Below, piece after piece: positions 47,561 to 55,370 of a stretch of DNA of 64,000 nucleotides (positions within the stretch are counted from its first letter, which is position 1; the number at the start of each line of letters is the position of its first letter). The stretch is taken from positions 32,001-96,000 of the forward strand of contig CAWGJT010000015.1 in NCBI GenBank assembly GCA_963822965.1, given 5' to 3'. Below the pieces are notes generated by a model. That model saw only the letters and a list, made by a program, of their open reading frames with translations. It had not been told where the DNA came from and ran no database searches. The translations under genes and the position numbers were made by a program. This stretch comes from an uncultured delta proteobacterium. GTDB taxonomy: Bacteria; Myxococcota_A; UBA9160; UBA4427.

Positions 47561-48694
47561 TCACGACGCCTCCGGGCCTCCGGCTTCCGCCGGCGCCTCC
47601 ACGAACGCCTCGCCCGGGGCCACGTGCACCGAGCGGCGGCCCAGCAGGTTCAGCTTGAAGCGGCGGATCGTCTCCGGCTCGATGCGCGATCCCGCTCCGT
47701 CCTCGAAGTGGAGCGCGTCCTTCGGGCACTGCACCACGCAGGCGCCGCAGCGCACGCAGCGCTCGTCGTGGGCCAGCGCGACCTTGGCCTCCCCGGGGAC
47801 CTTCTCGAAGCAGGCCTCGGGACACACCTCCCAGCAGCGGTACACGCCCGCGCAGCGGTCCACGTCCAGGGTGATGCGCCAGTCCTGCCCGTCGAAGTGG
47901 CCGCTGCCTTCGAGGGGCGTGCTGCCCGCATAGTCGAAGGTGAGGAGCGCCACGAAGCCGGCGGGCGCGAGCACGGCCGCGGCCAGCGCGGGCGTACCGC
48001 CGCCCACCGCCGCGACGCACGCGAGCGACGCGAGGGCCCCCGCGCCCGTGAGCCAGAAGCGTCCGGCGCCGGGCAGACGGTCGAGGACCGTGAAGACCGC
48101 CACCGCCAGGGCCCCACACAGCGCCACCAGCGGGAGTGTCCACGCGGGCCGCAGGAAGAGCGCGGCGACGGCGACGATGATCGCGGTCGGGCACGCCCAG
48201 GCCGCGGCCATCTCCAGCCGCTCGCGCAGGCCGAACGATACCCGCCGCATGGCGTCGGTCTTCTCGCCCCCGGAAGCCAGGTAGGCCGGGATGTCGTCGA
48301 CGCGTACGGGGCCGAAGCGCACCCGCCAGTGGCTGCGGCGGTAGACGTCGAGGCCCTCGACGCCGGTCGCCGCCAGCTGGGGAACGACGAGGTCGCGGTG
48401 ATCGACGCGCTCGTCGATACCCGAGGTCTTGAGGGCCGTCACCACCTGGTGGCTGGTGAGGTGTCCGCCGGCCGCCGCACACCACACGTTGATGCCGTGG
48501 GCCGGCGCCACCAGCAGCCAGGCGTCCAGCCCGCGCAGGGCGCGGGTGAGCCGGCGAACCGTGAGGTCGTAGTTGGCCGTGAGCAGCACGGGGCTCTGGC
48601 GTCCCGGACTGCCGATGGCGCGCAGCCCGGGCTCCGTGGGCCAGGGAACCATGCGGAACGCGGTCTGCAGGACGTCCTTCACGAGTGACGTCAC
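47561..48694 (-). CDS. Fused HgcAB-like protein: corrinoid-binding (CdhD/HgcA-like) domain, TM helices and ferredoxin
   Basis: EPGL..IG.P...SPVLLTANYDLTV, GINVWCAAAGG cap helix, VVPQLAATGV, FGPVR..DIP.YL, about 4 TM helices, CAGVYRCWEVCP and CVRCGACVVQCP. GTGA overlap with the upstream gene; 377 aa. Confidence 0.88.
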   Translation of the reverse strand: MTSLVKDVLQTAFRMVPWPTEPGLRAIGSPGRQSPVLLTANYDLTVRRLTRALRGLDAWLLVAPAHGINVWCAAAGGHLTSHQVVTALKTSGIDERVDHRDLVVPQLAATGVEGLDVYRRSHWRVRFGPVRVDDIPAYLASGGEKTDAMRRVSFGLRERLEMAAAWACPTAIIVAVAALFLRPAWTLPLVALCGALAVAVFTVLDRLPGAGRFWLTGAGALASLACVAAVGGGTPALAAAVLAPAGFVALLTFDYAGSTPLEGSGHFDGQDWRITLDVDRCAGVYRCWEVCPEACFEKVPGEAKVALAHDERCVRCGACVVQCPKDALHFEDGAGSRIEPETIRRFKLNLLGRRSVHVAPGEAFVEAPAEAGGPEAS

Positions 48695-49398
48695 GGCTGG
48701 CTGCCTCCGTCTGCCCCGGGCTGTGGGTCGTCCGGTTCCGGCGCGGTCGCCACGAAGAGGGCCAGGCTGCCCGCGAGCCAGCCCCGCTGGCGACGCACGA
48801 GGAGGCCCGCCGCCTCGAGCTTGCCGCGCAGGTCGGCGACGGGACGCGACACGGACCCCGCCAGCAGCCACCCCAACAGCCACTGGGGCGCTCGTCCCAG
48901 CACCTGGAGCAGGCGCCCGCCGCCGCGGGCGATCACCTCGTCCGCCACCACCACCCGGCCCCGGGGCCGCAGGCGTTCGCGCACCCGGGCGAGCACGTAG
49001 CGCTGCTCGTCGCCGGACATCTCCGACAGGCAGAGCGAGAGCACCACCGCGTCGAAGCCGCCCCGCGGCAGGGCGTCGATCTCCGACGCCGTCCGCTCGA
49101 GCCACTGGACCCGGGCGAGCGCGTCGGGGCCCAGCGCGGCCAGGCGGCGGCGCGCCTGCTCCAGCATGCCGGCGCTCTGGTCGAGAGCCGTCACCCGCGC
49201 GCCGCGCTCGACGAGGCGGCGGGTGACGGCGCCGGTCCCGCAGCCCACCTCGAGCACCTGCGCCCCGGGCTCCGGGGCGGCCTCCCGGGCCACCGCATCG
49301 TGCAGCGCGGTGACCCGTCCCAGGGTGATCGCCCGCATGCCGGCGTCGTAACGCTCGGGCGAGCCTTCGAGCCAACGCATGAGGGCGAGAGAGCTCAT
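48691..49398 (-). CDS. Class I SAM-dependent methyltransferase, corrinoid-protein associated (CpaM-like)
   Basis: VLEVGCGTG motif I, FDAVVLSLCLSE, LRPRGRVVVADE; N-terminus MSSLALMRWLEGSPERYDAG. Confidence 0.85.
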   Translation of the reverse strand: MSSLALMRWLEGSPERYDAGMRAITLGRVTALHDAVAREAAPEPGAQVLEVGCGTGAVTRRLVERGARVTALDQSAGMLEQARRRLAALGPDALARVQWLERTASEIDALPRGGFDAVVLSLCLSEMSGDEQRYVLARVRERLRPRGRVVVADEVIARGGGRLLQVLGRAPQWLLGWLLAGSVSRPVADLRGKLEAAGLLVRRQRGWLAGSLALFVATAPEPDDPQPGADGGSQP

Positions 49399-49973
49399 GG
49401 CGCCACCGCCCGGCGGGCGATGCGACCGAGCTCGCGCCGGAGCGCGTCGGCGTCGAACGCCCTGGGGTCGAGGAAGTGCTGGATCAGCAGCCCGTCGATG
49501 GCGCCGATCAGGGTGGCGGCGGCCAGCAACGGATCCGCGTCCGCGGCCACCTCGCCGCGTGCCTGCCCTTCGCGCAGCACGCCGGCCAGCTCGTCGCGGA
49601 TCTCGCGGAAGAAGCTCCGGAAGCGGACGCCGTCCCCCATGCGCAGGTCGATGAAGAGCCGGCCGAGGGAGGCCCAGTCGTCGAAGAGCGCCACGCAGCC
49701 GTCCACCAGGCGCTGGACGCGCAGGGCCACGGGATCGTCGCCCGCGAGGCAGGCGTGGAAGAGCGCGCGCTCGCCGGCGAGCGCCTCCGCCACCAGGTCG
49801 CGCAGCAGGGCGTCCTTGTCGGGGTAGTAGTGATAGAGGCTCGAGCGCCCCATGCCGGCGGCCCGGGCCACGTGGGCGAGGCCCGTGCCCGGGATGCCCT
49901 TGCGGGCGAACACGCGGCGGGCGGCGCGCCGGATCTCCTCGCGCTGGGCGCTGGCGTCGACCTGCTTGGGCAT
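49395..49973 (-). CDS. TetR family regulator
   Basis: MPKQVD...REEIRRAARRVFARKG...AAGMGRSSLYHYYPDKDAL; ATGA overlap with the methyltransferase. Confidence 0.92.
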   Translation of the reverse strand: MPKQVDASAQREEIRRAARRVFARKGIPGTGLAHVARAAGMGRSSLYHYYPDKDALLRDLVAEALAGERALFHACLAGDDPVALRVQRLVDGCVALFDDWASLGRLFIDLRMGDGVRFRSFFREIRDELAGVLREGQARGEVAADADPLLAAATLIGAIDGLLIQHFLDPRAFDADALRRELGRIARRAVAP

Positions 49974-49990
49974 GCGGGCTCCGTCGGCTC

Positions 49991-50050
49991 TCTTCCTTGG
50001 CTTCCCTTGGCTTCCCTTGGCTTCCCGTGGCTTCCCATGACTCCCCGCGA
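49991..50050. repeat. 10-bp tandem repeat CTTCCCTTGG, about 6 progressively degenerate copies
   Basis: Read directly; lies in the leader of the tetR-methyltransferase-hgcAB-like operon. Confidence 0.88.
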
Positions 50051-50066
50051 CCGCCGCCCGTCGCGG

Positions 50067-50108
50067 GTTTTCGTCATGTCTGTCGATATCGACAATCATG
50101 TCGAAAAC
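50067..50108. promoter_or_regulatory. 42-bp imperfect palindrome, probable TetR operator
   Basis: GTTTTCG-t-CATG-tc-TGTCGAT|ATCGACA-at-CATG-t-CGAAAAC; perfect 14-bp core at 50081-50094. Confidence 0.75.
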
Positions 50109-50190
50109 GAGCGGGTGCGTCAAGACCGAGCGCGGCCCGCCCCGGAGCGGCCGCTATGGTCCGCTCGGCACATCCGCGGGAGCGCCACCC

Positions 50191-51285
50191 ATGACGTCGA
50201 TCGAGCGCCTGGCCGGGGACTACACCGAGGCCCGGGCCGCCTTCCTGGCGGCGGCCACCGATGCGGGCGCCGAGCTCCACCACGAGCCTCACCCTGCCCG
50301 AGGCCCGGACGGCGAGGCGCTCTTCCTCGACACGGCCTGGCTCGGAAGCCACGACGCGCGCCGGGTGGCCGTGATCGTCTCGGCTACCCACGGCGTCGAG
50401 GGCTTTGCGGGCTCGGCCCTGCAGACGACCTGGCTGCGCTCGGGTCCGGAGCCCGGCCTTCCCGCCGGCACGGCGGCACTGCTCGTACACGCCCTGAACC
50501 CGTACGGATTCGCCTGGACCCGCCGGGTGAACGAGGACAACGTCGACCTGAACCGCAACTTCGTCGACTTCGGGGCCCCGCTGCCCGAGAACCCGGGCTA
50601 CGCGGAGGTCGCCGACCTGCTGGTGCCCGAGCATTGGGATGCGGACACCCAGGCCCGCAGCCTGCAGGCGCTGCTCGAGTTCGCGGGACGGGTCGGCATG
50701 GAGCGCATGCAGGAGGTCGTGAGCTCGGGGCAGTACACGCATCCCGCCGGGATCTTCTACGGCGGCACGGCGCCGTCGTGGTCTCATCGCGAGCTCCGGA
50801 AGCTGTGCAGCCGCGATCTCGCCCGCGCCGAACGGATCGCCGTGATCGACCTCCACACCGGCCTCGGACCCCGCGGCCACGGGGAGCTGCTCTGCTCCGA
50901 GGCGCCCGGAAGCCCGGCCTGCGAGCGGGCCCGGGCCTGGTACGGCGACGACCTCAAGGTGCTGGCCACCGGGGAATCCGTCTCGGCGCTGCTCACGGGC
51001 GAGTGGGTCGCAAGGCTCCCCGACTGGCTGCCCCACACGGAGGTGACGGCCATCGCGATCGAGTACGGCACCACCGAGCTGATCGCCGTGCTGATGGCCC
51101 TGCGCGCCGACGCCTGGCTGCACGGCCACGGCGATCCCAGCGGGCCCGACGCCCCGGCCATCCGCTCCGCCGTGCGCGCCGCCTTCGCGGACGAGGCCCC
51201 GGACTGGATGGACGCCCTGTGGCCGCGCTTCCAGCAGGTGCTCGCAACGGCGCTCGCCCGCCTGGCCTCGCCCCGATCGCCGTGA
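50191..51285 (+). CDS. DUF2817 / M14-like metallopeptidase
   Basis: SATHGVEGFAGS, HALNPYGFAW.RRVNEDNVDLNRNF, IDLHTGLG, IEYGT. Confidence 0.88.
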   Translation: MTSIERLAGDYTEARAAFLAAATDAGAELHHEPHPARGPDGEALFLDTAWLGSHDARRVAVIVSATHGVEGFAGSALQTTWLRSGPEPGLPAGTAALLVHALNPYGFAWTRRVNEDNVDLNRNFVDFGAPLPENPGYAEVADLLVPEHWDADTQARSLQALLEFAGRVGMERMQEVVSSGQYTHPAGIFYGGTAPSWSHRELRKLCSRDLARAERIAVIDLHTGLGPRGHGELLCSEAPGSPACERARAWYGDDLKVLATGESVSALLTGEWVARLPDWLPHTEVTAIAIEYGTTELIAVLMALRADAWLHGHGDPSGPDAPAIRSAVRAAFADEAPDWMDALWPRFQQVLATALARLASPRSP

Positions 51286-51392
51286 CGGATCGGGGCGAGG
51301 CGGCGGAGAGCCGGCGTCGACCGGGCGGCCTCGGTGCGATCGAGACCCGCTGCCATCGAGCGGATCCGACGCCGAACTTCTGACTCAGGACA

Positions 51393-52739
51393 CTAGAAGA
51401 CGATCTGGGCGCGACCCGTGAAGGCGTGCGTCTGCTCGTTGCGGCCGTTCAAGGTGATCGCGCTGTTGGGCGAGACGTCGCCGAAGATGTAGTTGAAGCG
51501 GAACAGGATGTTCGGGTTCACCCACCAGTTGACGCCGAAGGTCACGTCGTCTTCGCGACCGCCCTGCACACCGTTGCTCTGGAGATCGATGCTGCTGAAG
51601 CGGGCGGCCAGCTCCCAGGCGCCGTACGCGTGCAGCGGCGTGACCCCCTTGTAGCTCCCGCTCTTCACGTCGTAGTTGCGCGACTCCCCGGTCAGGAAGA
51701 CGCCCGTCTGGACGTACCAGCCGTAGAACTCCGGGTTGCGCGCGTTGCCGAGGGTGACCTCCGCGGCGGTGAACTCCCCCTGTGCGTGGAACGGGCCCAG
51801 CACCAGCGAGGTGTCGAAGTCCCACTGCAGCGTTTCGTTGGCGTTCACGAGCTCGCCGGTGTCCACGAGCTTCGCGCCCGCGAGGTGCGCCTCGGGACGA
51901 TCCGAATACTCGAGCTCACTGGCGCTCTCGAAGTTGCGGTAGTAGAGCGAGCCACCGAAGGTGAGCACCTTCGTCTTCTCCGCCATCGGCGCCCACACCG
52001 CGCGGCCCGCAGCGCCCCAGTCGCTGTTCTTCGAGCCCGCGCTGGAGACGCCCTGACCGAAGAAGCCCGTGTAGACGTTCCAGTGCTCCCCGTACGAGCC
52101 GAGGACGACGCCCAGGCGCCGGCGACCCTCCTCGTCGTTGTCGATGAAGGCGTCGGGCAGGGCGCGCTCCTGGAAGACCTGGAAGTTCGAGCTCGTCATC
52201 GACTGCTGGCCGAACGGCACCTTCTGGTGGCCGATGGTGACGGTGAAGGGCTTGAAGCCCGCGTACCGCAGCCAGCCGTCGGTGATCGAGACCTCCGAGT
52301 TGGTGTCGAAGTTCACCTCGAGCTTGTAGTTCCAGTCGCTGTAGACGGTGCCGTAGGACTTGATGCGCGCGCGCCGGATCTCGATGCCGTCGCCGAGCTG
52401 CGTGCGGTCGTTGATGAAGACCGCGGCGTCCGTCTGCAGGCGACCGCCGAACGCGAACACGAACGCGCCGTCGGCGGACTCGATCGCCAGCCCCTTGTGG
52501 TTCACGCGAACCTTGAAGTCCGGCCCCTCGTCGGCCTTCGGCTCCTCCTCGGCGGCCGCGGCGGACACGGGCGCCGGAGCGTCCTCCTTCAGGCCGTCCC
52601 GCTCCTCCGCGGTGATGACCCCCTTCTCGAGCAGTAGGTCCTCGAGAGACTTCTCCTCGGCCGCAGCCACCTGCGACACGGCGACGGTCGAGAGTGACAC
52701 GAGCAAGGCGATGGTTCGCACGACTCGGTTCTGCAACAC
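51393..52739 (-). CDS. Phosphate-selective porin OprO/OprP family
   Basis: LLLEKGVIT, GGRLQTD, IRRAR, QKVPFG, FQERA, GWYVQTGVFLTGESR, GAWELAARFS, GVNWW, terminal QIVF. Start could be 52781. Confidence 0.92.
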   Translation of the reverse strand: MLQNRVVRTIALLVSLSTVAVSQVAAAEEKSLEDLLLEKGVITAEERDGLKEDAPAPVSAAAAEEEPKADEGPDFKVRVNHKGLAIESADGAFVFAFGGRLQTDAAVFINDRTQLGDGIEIRRARIKSYGTVYSDWNYKLEVNFDTNSEVSITDGWLRYAGFKPFTVTIGHQKVPFGQQSMTSSNFQVFQERALPDAFIDNDEEGRRRLGVVLGSYGEHWNVYTGFFGQGVSSAGSKNSDWGAAGRAVWAPMAEKTKVLTFGGSLYYRNFESASELEYSDRPEAHLAGAKLVDTGELVNANETLQWDFDTSLVLGPFHAQGEFTAAEVTLGNARNPEFYGWYVQTGVFLTGESRNYDVKSGSYKGVTPLHAYGAWELAARFSSIDLQSNGVQGGREDDVTFGVNWWVNPNILFRFNYIFGDVSPNSAITLNGRNEQTHAFTGRAQIVF

Positions 52740-52789
52740 GGGTCCCCCCCATTCGTTGCCCGGATGTAGCCGGACGTTCACGGGGGCGC

Positions 52790-52886
52790 ATGCTACTCCT
52801 GCGATTGCGACGGTTTGGTGACAGAAACGGGTCGTTTTCGCAGAAGGCGGAGAAATTCAGCCCATTCCGTGACGCGGTTTTGACAC
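52790..52886 (-). promoter_or_regulatory. Pho-box-like direct repeats and -10 element upstream of the porin
   Basis: Minus strand: GTGTCAA-AACC-GCGTCAC (52886-52869) and CTGTCAC-CAAA-CCGTCGC (52824-52807), with TAGCAT 11 nt downstream. Confidence 0.65.
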
Positions 52887-52922
52887 GGGCCGGGCTCCGG
52901 CGTGGGCTCGGTGACGGATCGC

Positions 52923-55226
52923 TCACGGAGAACCCGCTGGAGATCCGGTCGGATGCGGGGGGACGGAGCCGCCCTCCCCCGTCGGCGCGGCGGCCGAGCC
53001 GGGTCCGGCGCCCGCTTCCGGGACCGGGCCGAAGTAGCCCAGCGCCTCGAGCTGGGCTTCGCGCTCGGGGTCGAGCAGCCCCTCGTCCGGCGGCCCGACC
53101 ACCACCGGGGCGGCCCGCTGCAGGGCCGCGGCGCGGGCGGCCGTTCGCGCCTCGTAGCCGTCCAGCAGCTCGCGCAGGTCCCGAACGGCCTCGGGATCCG
53201 CGGCGTAGAGGTCGTGCTCCTCGCCGGGGTCGCTCGCCAGGTCGTAGTAGGCGTAGCGCGGACCGTCGGGGCCGCGGAAGCGGATGAGCTTGCGGTCGCC
53301 CAGGCGCACGCTGAACGTGGGCGGCACGATGCGCGCGGCGGCCCCGCGACCGAAGCCGGCGCCTCCCCAGGCCTCGCTGTAGATCGGACGCGGCGGGATG
53401 CCGGCGTCCGGCGCGTCGCCGCGGACGAGCCCCGCGAAGCTGCGGCCTTCGATGCCGGCCGGCGCCGGGGCCCCCATCAGCTCGAGCAGGGTGGGCATCA
53501 GGTCGACCAGACCCACCGGGGTGTCGACGCGGCGGCCGCCGGGAACGCCCGGCCCGCGGAACACGAGCGGAACCCGCAGCACCTCGTCGTGGATGTCCGG
53601 ACCGTGGCCGAGATAGCCGTGCTCGAGGAAGCCCTCGCCGTGGTCGGACGTGAAGACGACCAGCGTGTCGTCGAGCCAGCCGCGCGCCTCCAGCCGCCCG
53701 AAGAAGTCGGCCAGGCGATCGTCGCTGTAGCGGATCTCGCGATCGTAGCGATCCGGGTGCCAGTCGCTGGGAAGCCCGGGCGCGAGGGAGACGCCCGGGG
53801 CCGGCTCGCGAAACAGATCCGCGTAGGCCGCGGGCGGCGCGTACGGCGTGTGCACCTGATAGCTGTGCACGAAGAGGAAGAACCGCTCGGCGGCGTGCCG
53901 CTCGAGCCACGCCTCCGCCCGGGCGAGGGTCGCCTCGATGTGTCCCACCGTCGTCGGGGCGCCCGGCCCGTGGGCGCCGATCTCGCTGTACTCTGCGAAG
54001 CCGCGCCCGAAGCCCAGCGGGCGCGACATGGCGCCGACCTCGAGGACGGCGCCCGTCGCCACCCGCTGTGCGCGCAGCACCTCGGCCAGGGTCTCGGCGC
54101 TGCCCGGCAACGGCTCGAAGGCCCGGTTGCTGCGCACGCCGTGCACCGACGGAAGCAGCGACGTGAACATCGTCATGTGCGAGGGCGCCGTCGTGGTGGC
54201 GGCCGTGACGACCCGATCGAAGACCACCCCGGGCCGGGCCAGCGCGCGGTCGATGAACGGCGCGGTGTCGCGCCCGTAGCCGTAGGTCGGCAGATGGTCC
54301 GCGCGCAGGGTATCGAGGGAGACGAGCAGGAGATTCATCCCGGAGGACGGCGCCGGGGCCAGCACCGTCGGGTTGGACCAGACCGGCAGGCTGAAGGCGC
54401 CGAGCGCCTGGGAGTCCGGGCGCGCGGCGAAGCGGAACGAGACCGTCCTTCCCGAGAGCGACGCGAGCGACAGCGTCCGGTCCTGCCAGCGTCTGCCACC
54501 CGCCTGGCGGGGATCGAGCGATTCCTCGAGCAGCGGCTCGCAATCGCCGTCCCGACACGCCTCCACGCGGAAGCGCACCGGCCCCTGCGGCCAGGCGGGC
54601 TCGAGGACGCCGAAGCCGAGCGCCAGGGTCGCCGCCGCCGGAATCTCCAGGGGCTGCGTCTCCTCGACCGGCACCACCCGCGGCACGACGGTGCCGTGCA
54701 CCCGCAGCCGGATGCTTCGCCCGGCCACGGGACCGCCGTCGAACAGGGCCAGCGCGACGGCCTGCTCCCCCTTGCCTTCGATGCGCCCGATGATCGGCGG
54801 CAGGGGATGCCAGCGCGGCGGCGGCCGGTGTCCGCGTCCCCGCTCGAGCGGCATGCGCTGCACGTACGCGCGCAGGGCGATGCGTTCGGCGTCCACCTCC
54901 AGACCGGGCAGCGGGATCTCGAGGAAGAGCCTGCCGTTGCGGGGAACGTCCTGCTCGCGTTCCGCGATCAGGGTGAGCGGCGGAAACGCGCGCAGCACGT
55001 AGCGCGTCTCGTTCCCGAGGGTCGCCGACTCGGGCTCCACGCCCACGCCCCGGTCGACGAAGCGGGCGACGGCGCGGAGCTGTCGGGCGACGTCCGCGCC
55101 GTCCCCCACGGGCGCTCGCACGGAGGTGGCGTCGCCGCAGGCGAGCGCGACGAGGGCGAGGGCGCAGGCGAGGCACGGCGGCGGGCTCGCGGTGCCGGCG
55201 AGGACGCGCCCGACCAGGCGGATCAT
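52923..55226 (-). CDS. Sulfatase-like hydrolase/transferase (Thr-type), probable lipoprotein
   Basis: LVALA-C, NLLLVSLDTLRADHL, TTAPSHMTMFTS, FFLFVHSYQVHTPY, FTSDHGEGF, YDLASDPGE. Confidence 0.85.
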   Translation of the reverse strand: MIRLVGRVLAGTASPPPCLACALALVALACGDATSVRAPVGDGADVARQLRAVARFVDRGVGVEPESATLGNETRYVLRAFPPLTLIAEREQDVPRNGRLFLEIPLPGLEVDAERIALRAYVQRMPLERGRGHRPPPRWHPLPPIIGRIEGKGEQAVALALFDGGPVAGRSIRLRVHGTVVPRVVPVEETQPLEIPAAATLALGFGVLEPAWPQGPVRFRVEACRDGDCEPLLEESLDPRQAGGRRWQDRTLSLASLSGRTVSFRFAARPDSQALGAFSLPVWSNPTVLAPAPSSGMNLLLVSLDTLRADHLPTYGYGRDTAPFIDRALARPGVVFDRVVTAATTTAPSHMTMFTSLLPSVHGVRSNRAFEPLPGSAETLAEVLRAQRVATGAVLEVGAMSRPLGFGRGFAEYSEIGAHGPGAPTTVGHIEATLARAEAWLERHAAERFFLFVHSYQVHTPYAPPAAYADLFREPAPGVSLAPGLPSDWHPDRYDREIRYSDDRLADFFGRLEARGWLDDTLVVFTSDHGEGFLEHGYLGHGPDIHDEVLRVPLVFRGPGVPGGRRVDTPVGLVDLMPTLLELMGAPAPAGIEGRSFAGLVRGDAPDAGIPPRPIYSEAWGGAGFGRGAAARIVPPTFSVRLGDRKLIRFRGPDGPRYAYYDLASDPGEEHDLYAADPEAVRDLRELLDGYEARTAARAAALQRAAPVVVGPPDEGLLDPEREAQLEALGYFGPVPEAGAGPGSAAAPTGEGGSVPPHPTGSPAGSP

Positions 55227-55370
55227 GGGGCGAACGTAGCAGGAGCCCGTCCTGCGCCCTCCGGAGCCGCGCGCGGCGTGCCGCACTTGACACCCCACCG
55301 CGCCGATCCGAACCTCGTTCATCGGTTCGAGCCTGTGGACGGGCCGGGCCGAGCGAGCGGGGGGAGCCGG

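Noticed and set aside
47561..48694. Calling this a bona fide mercury methylase (hgcA/hgcB)
   Set aside because: Fused architecture, AAGG instead of AGK, an altered first Fe-S motif and no C-terminal cysteines; activity cannot be assumed.
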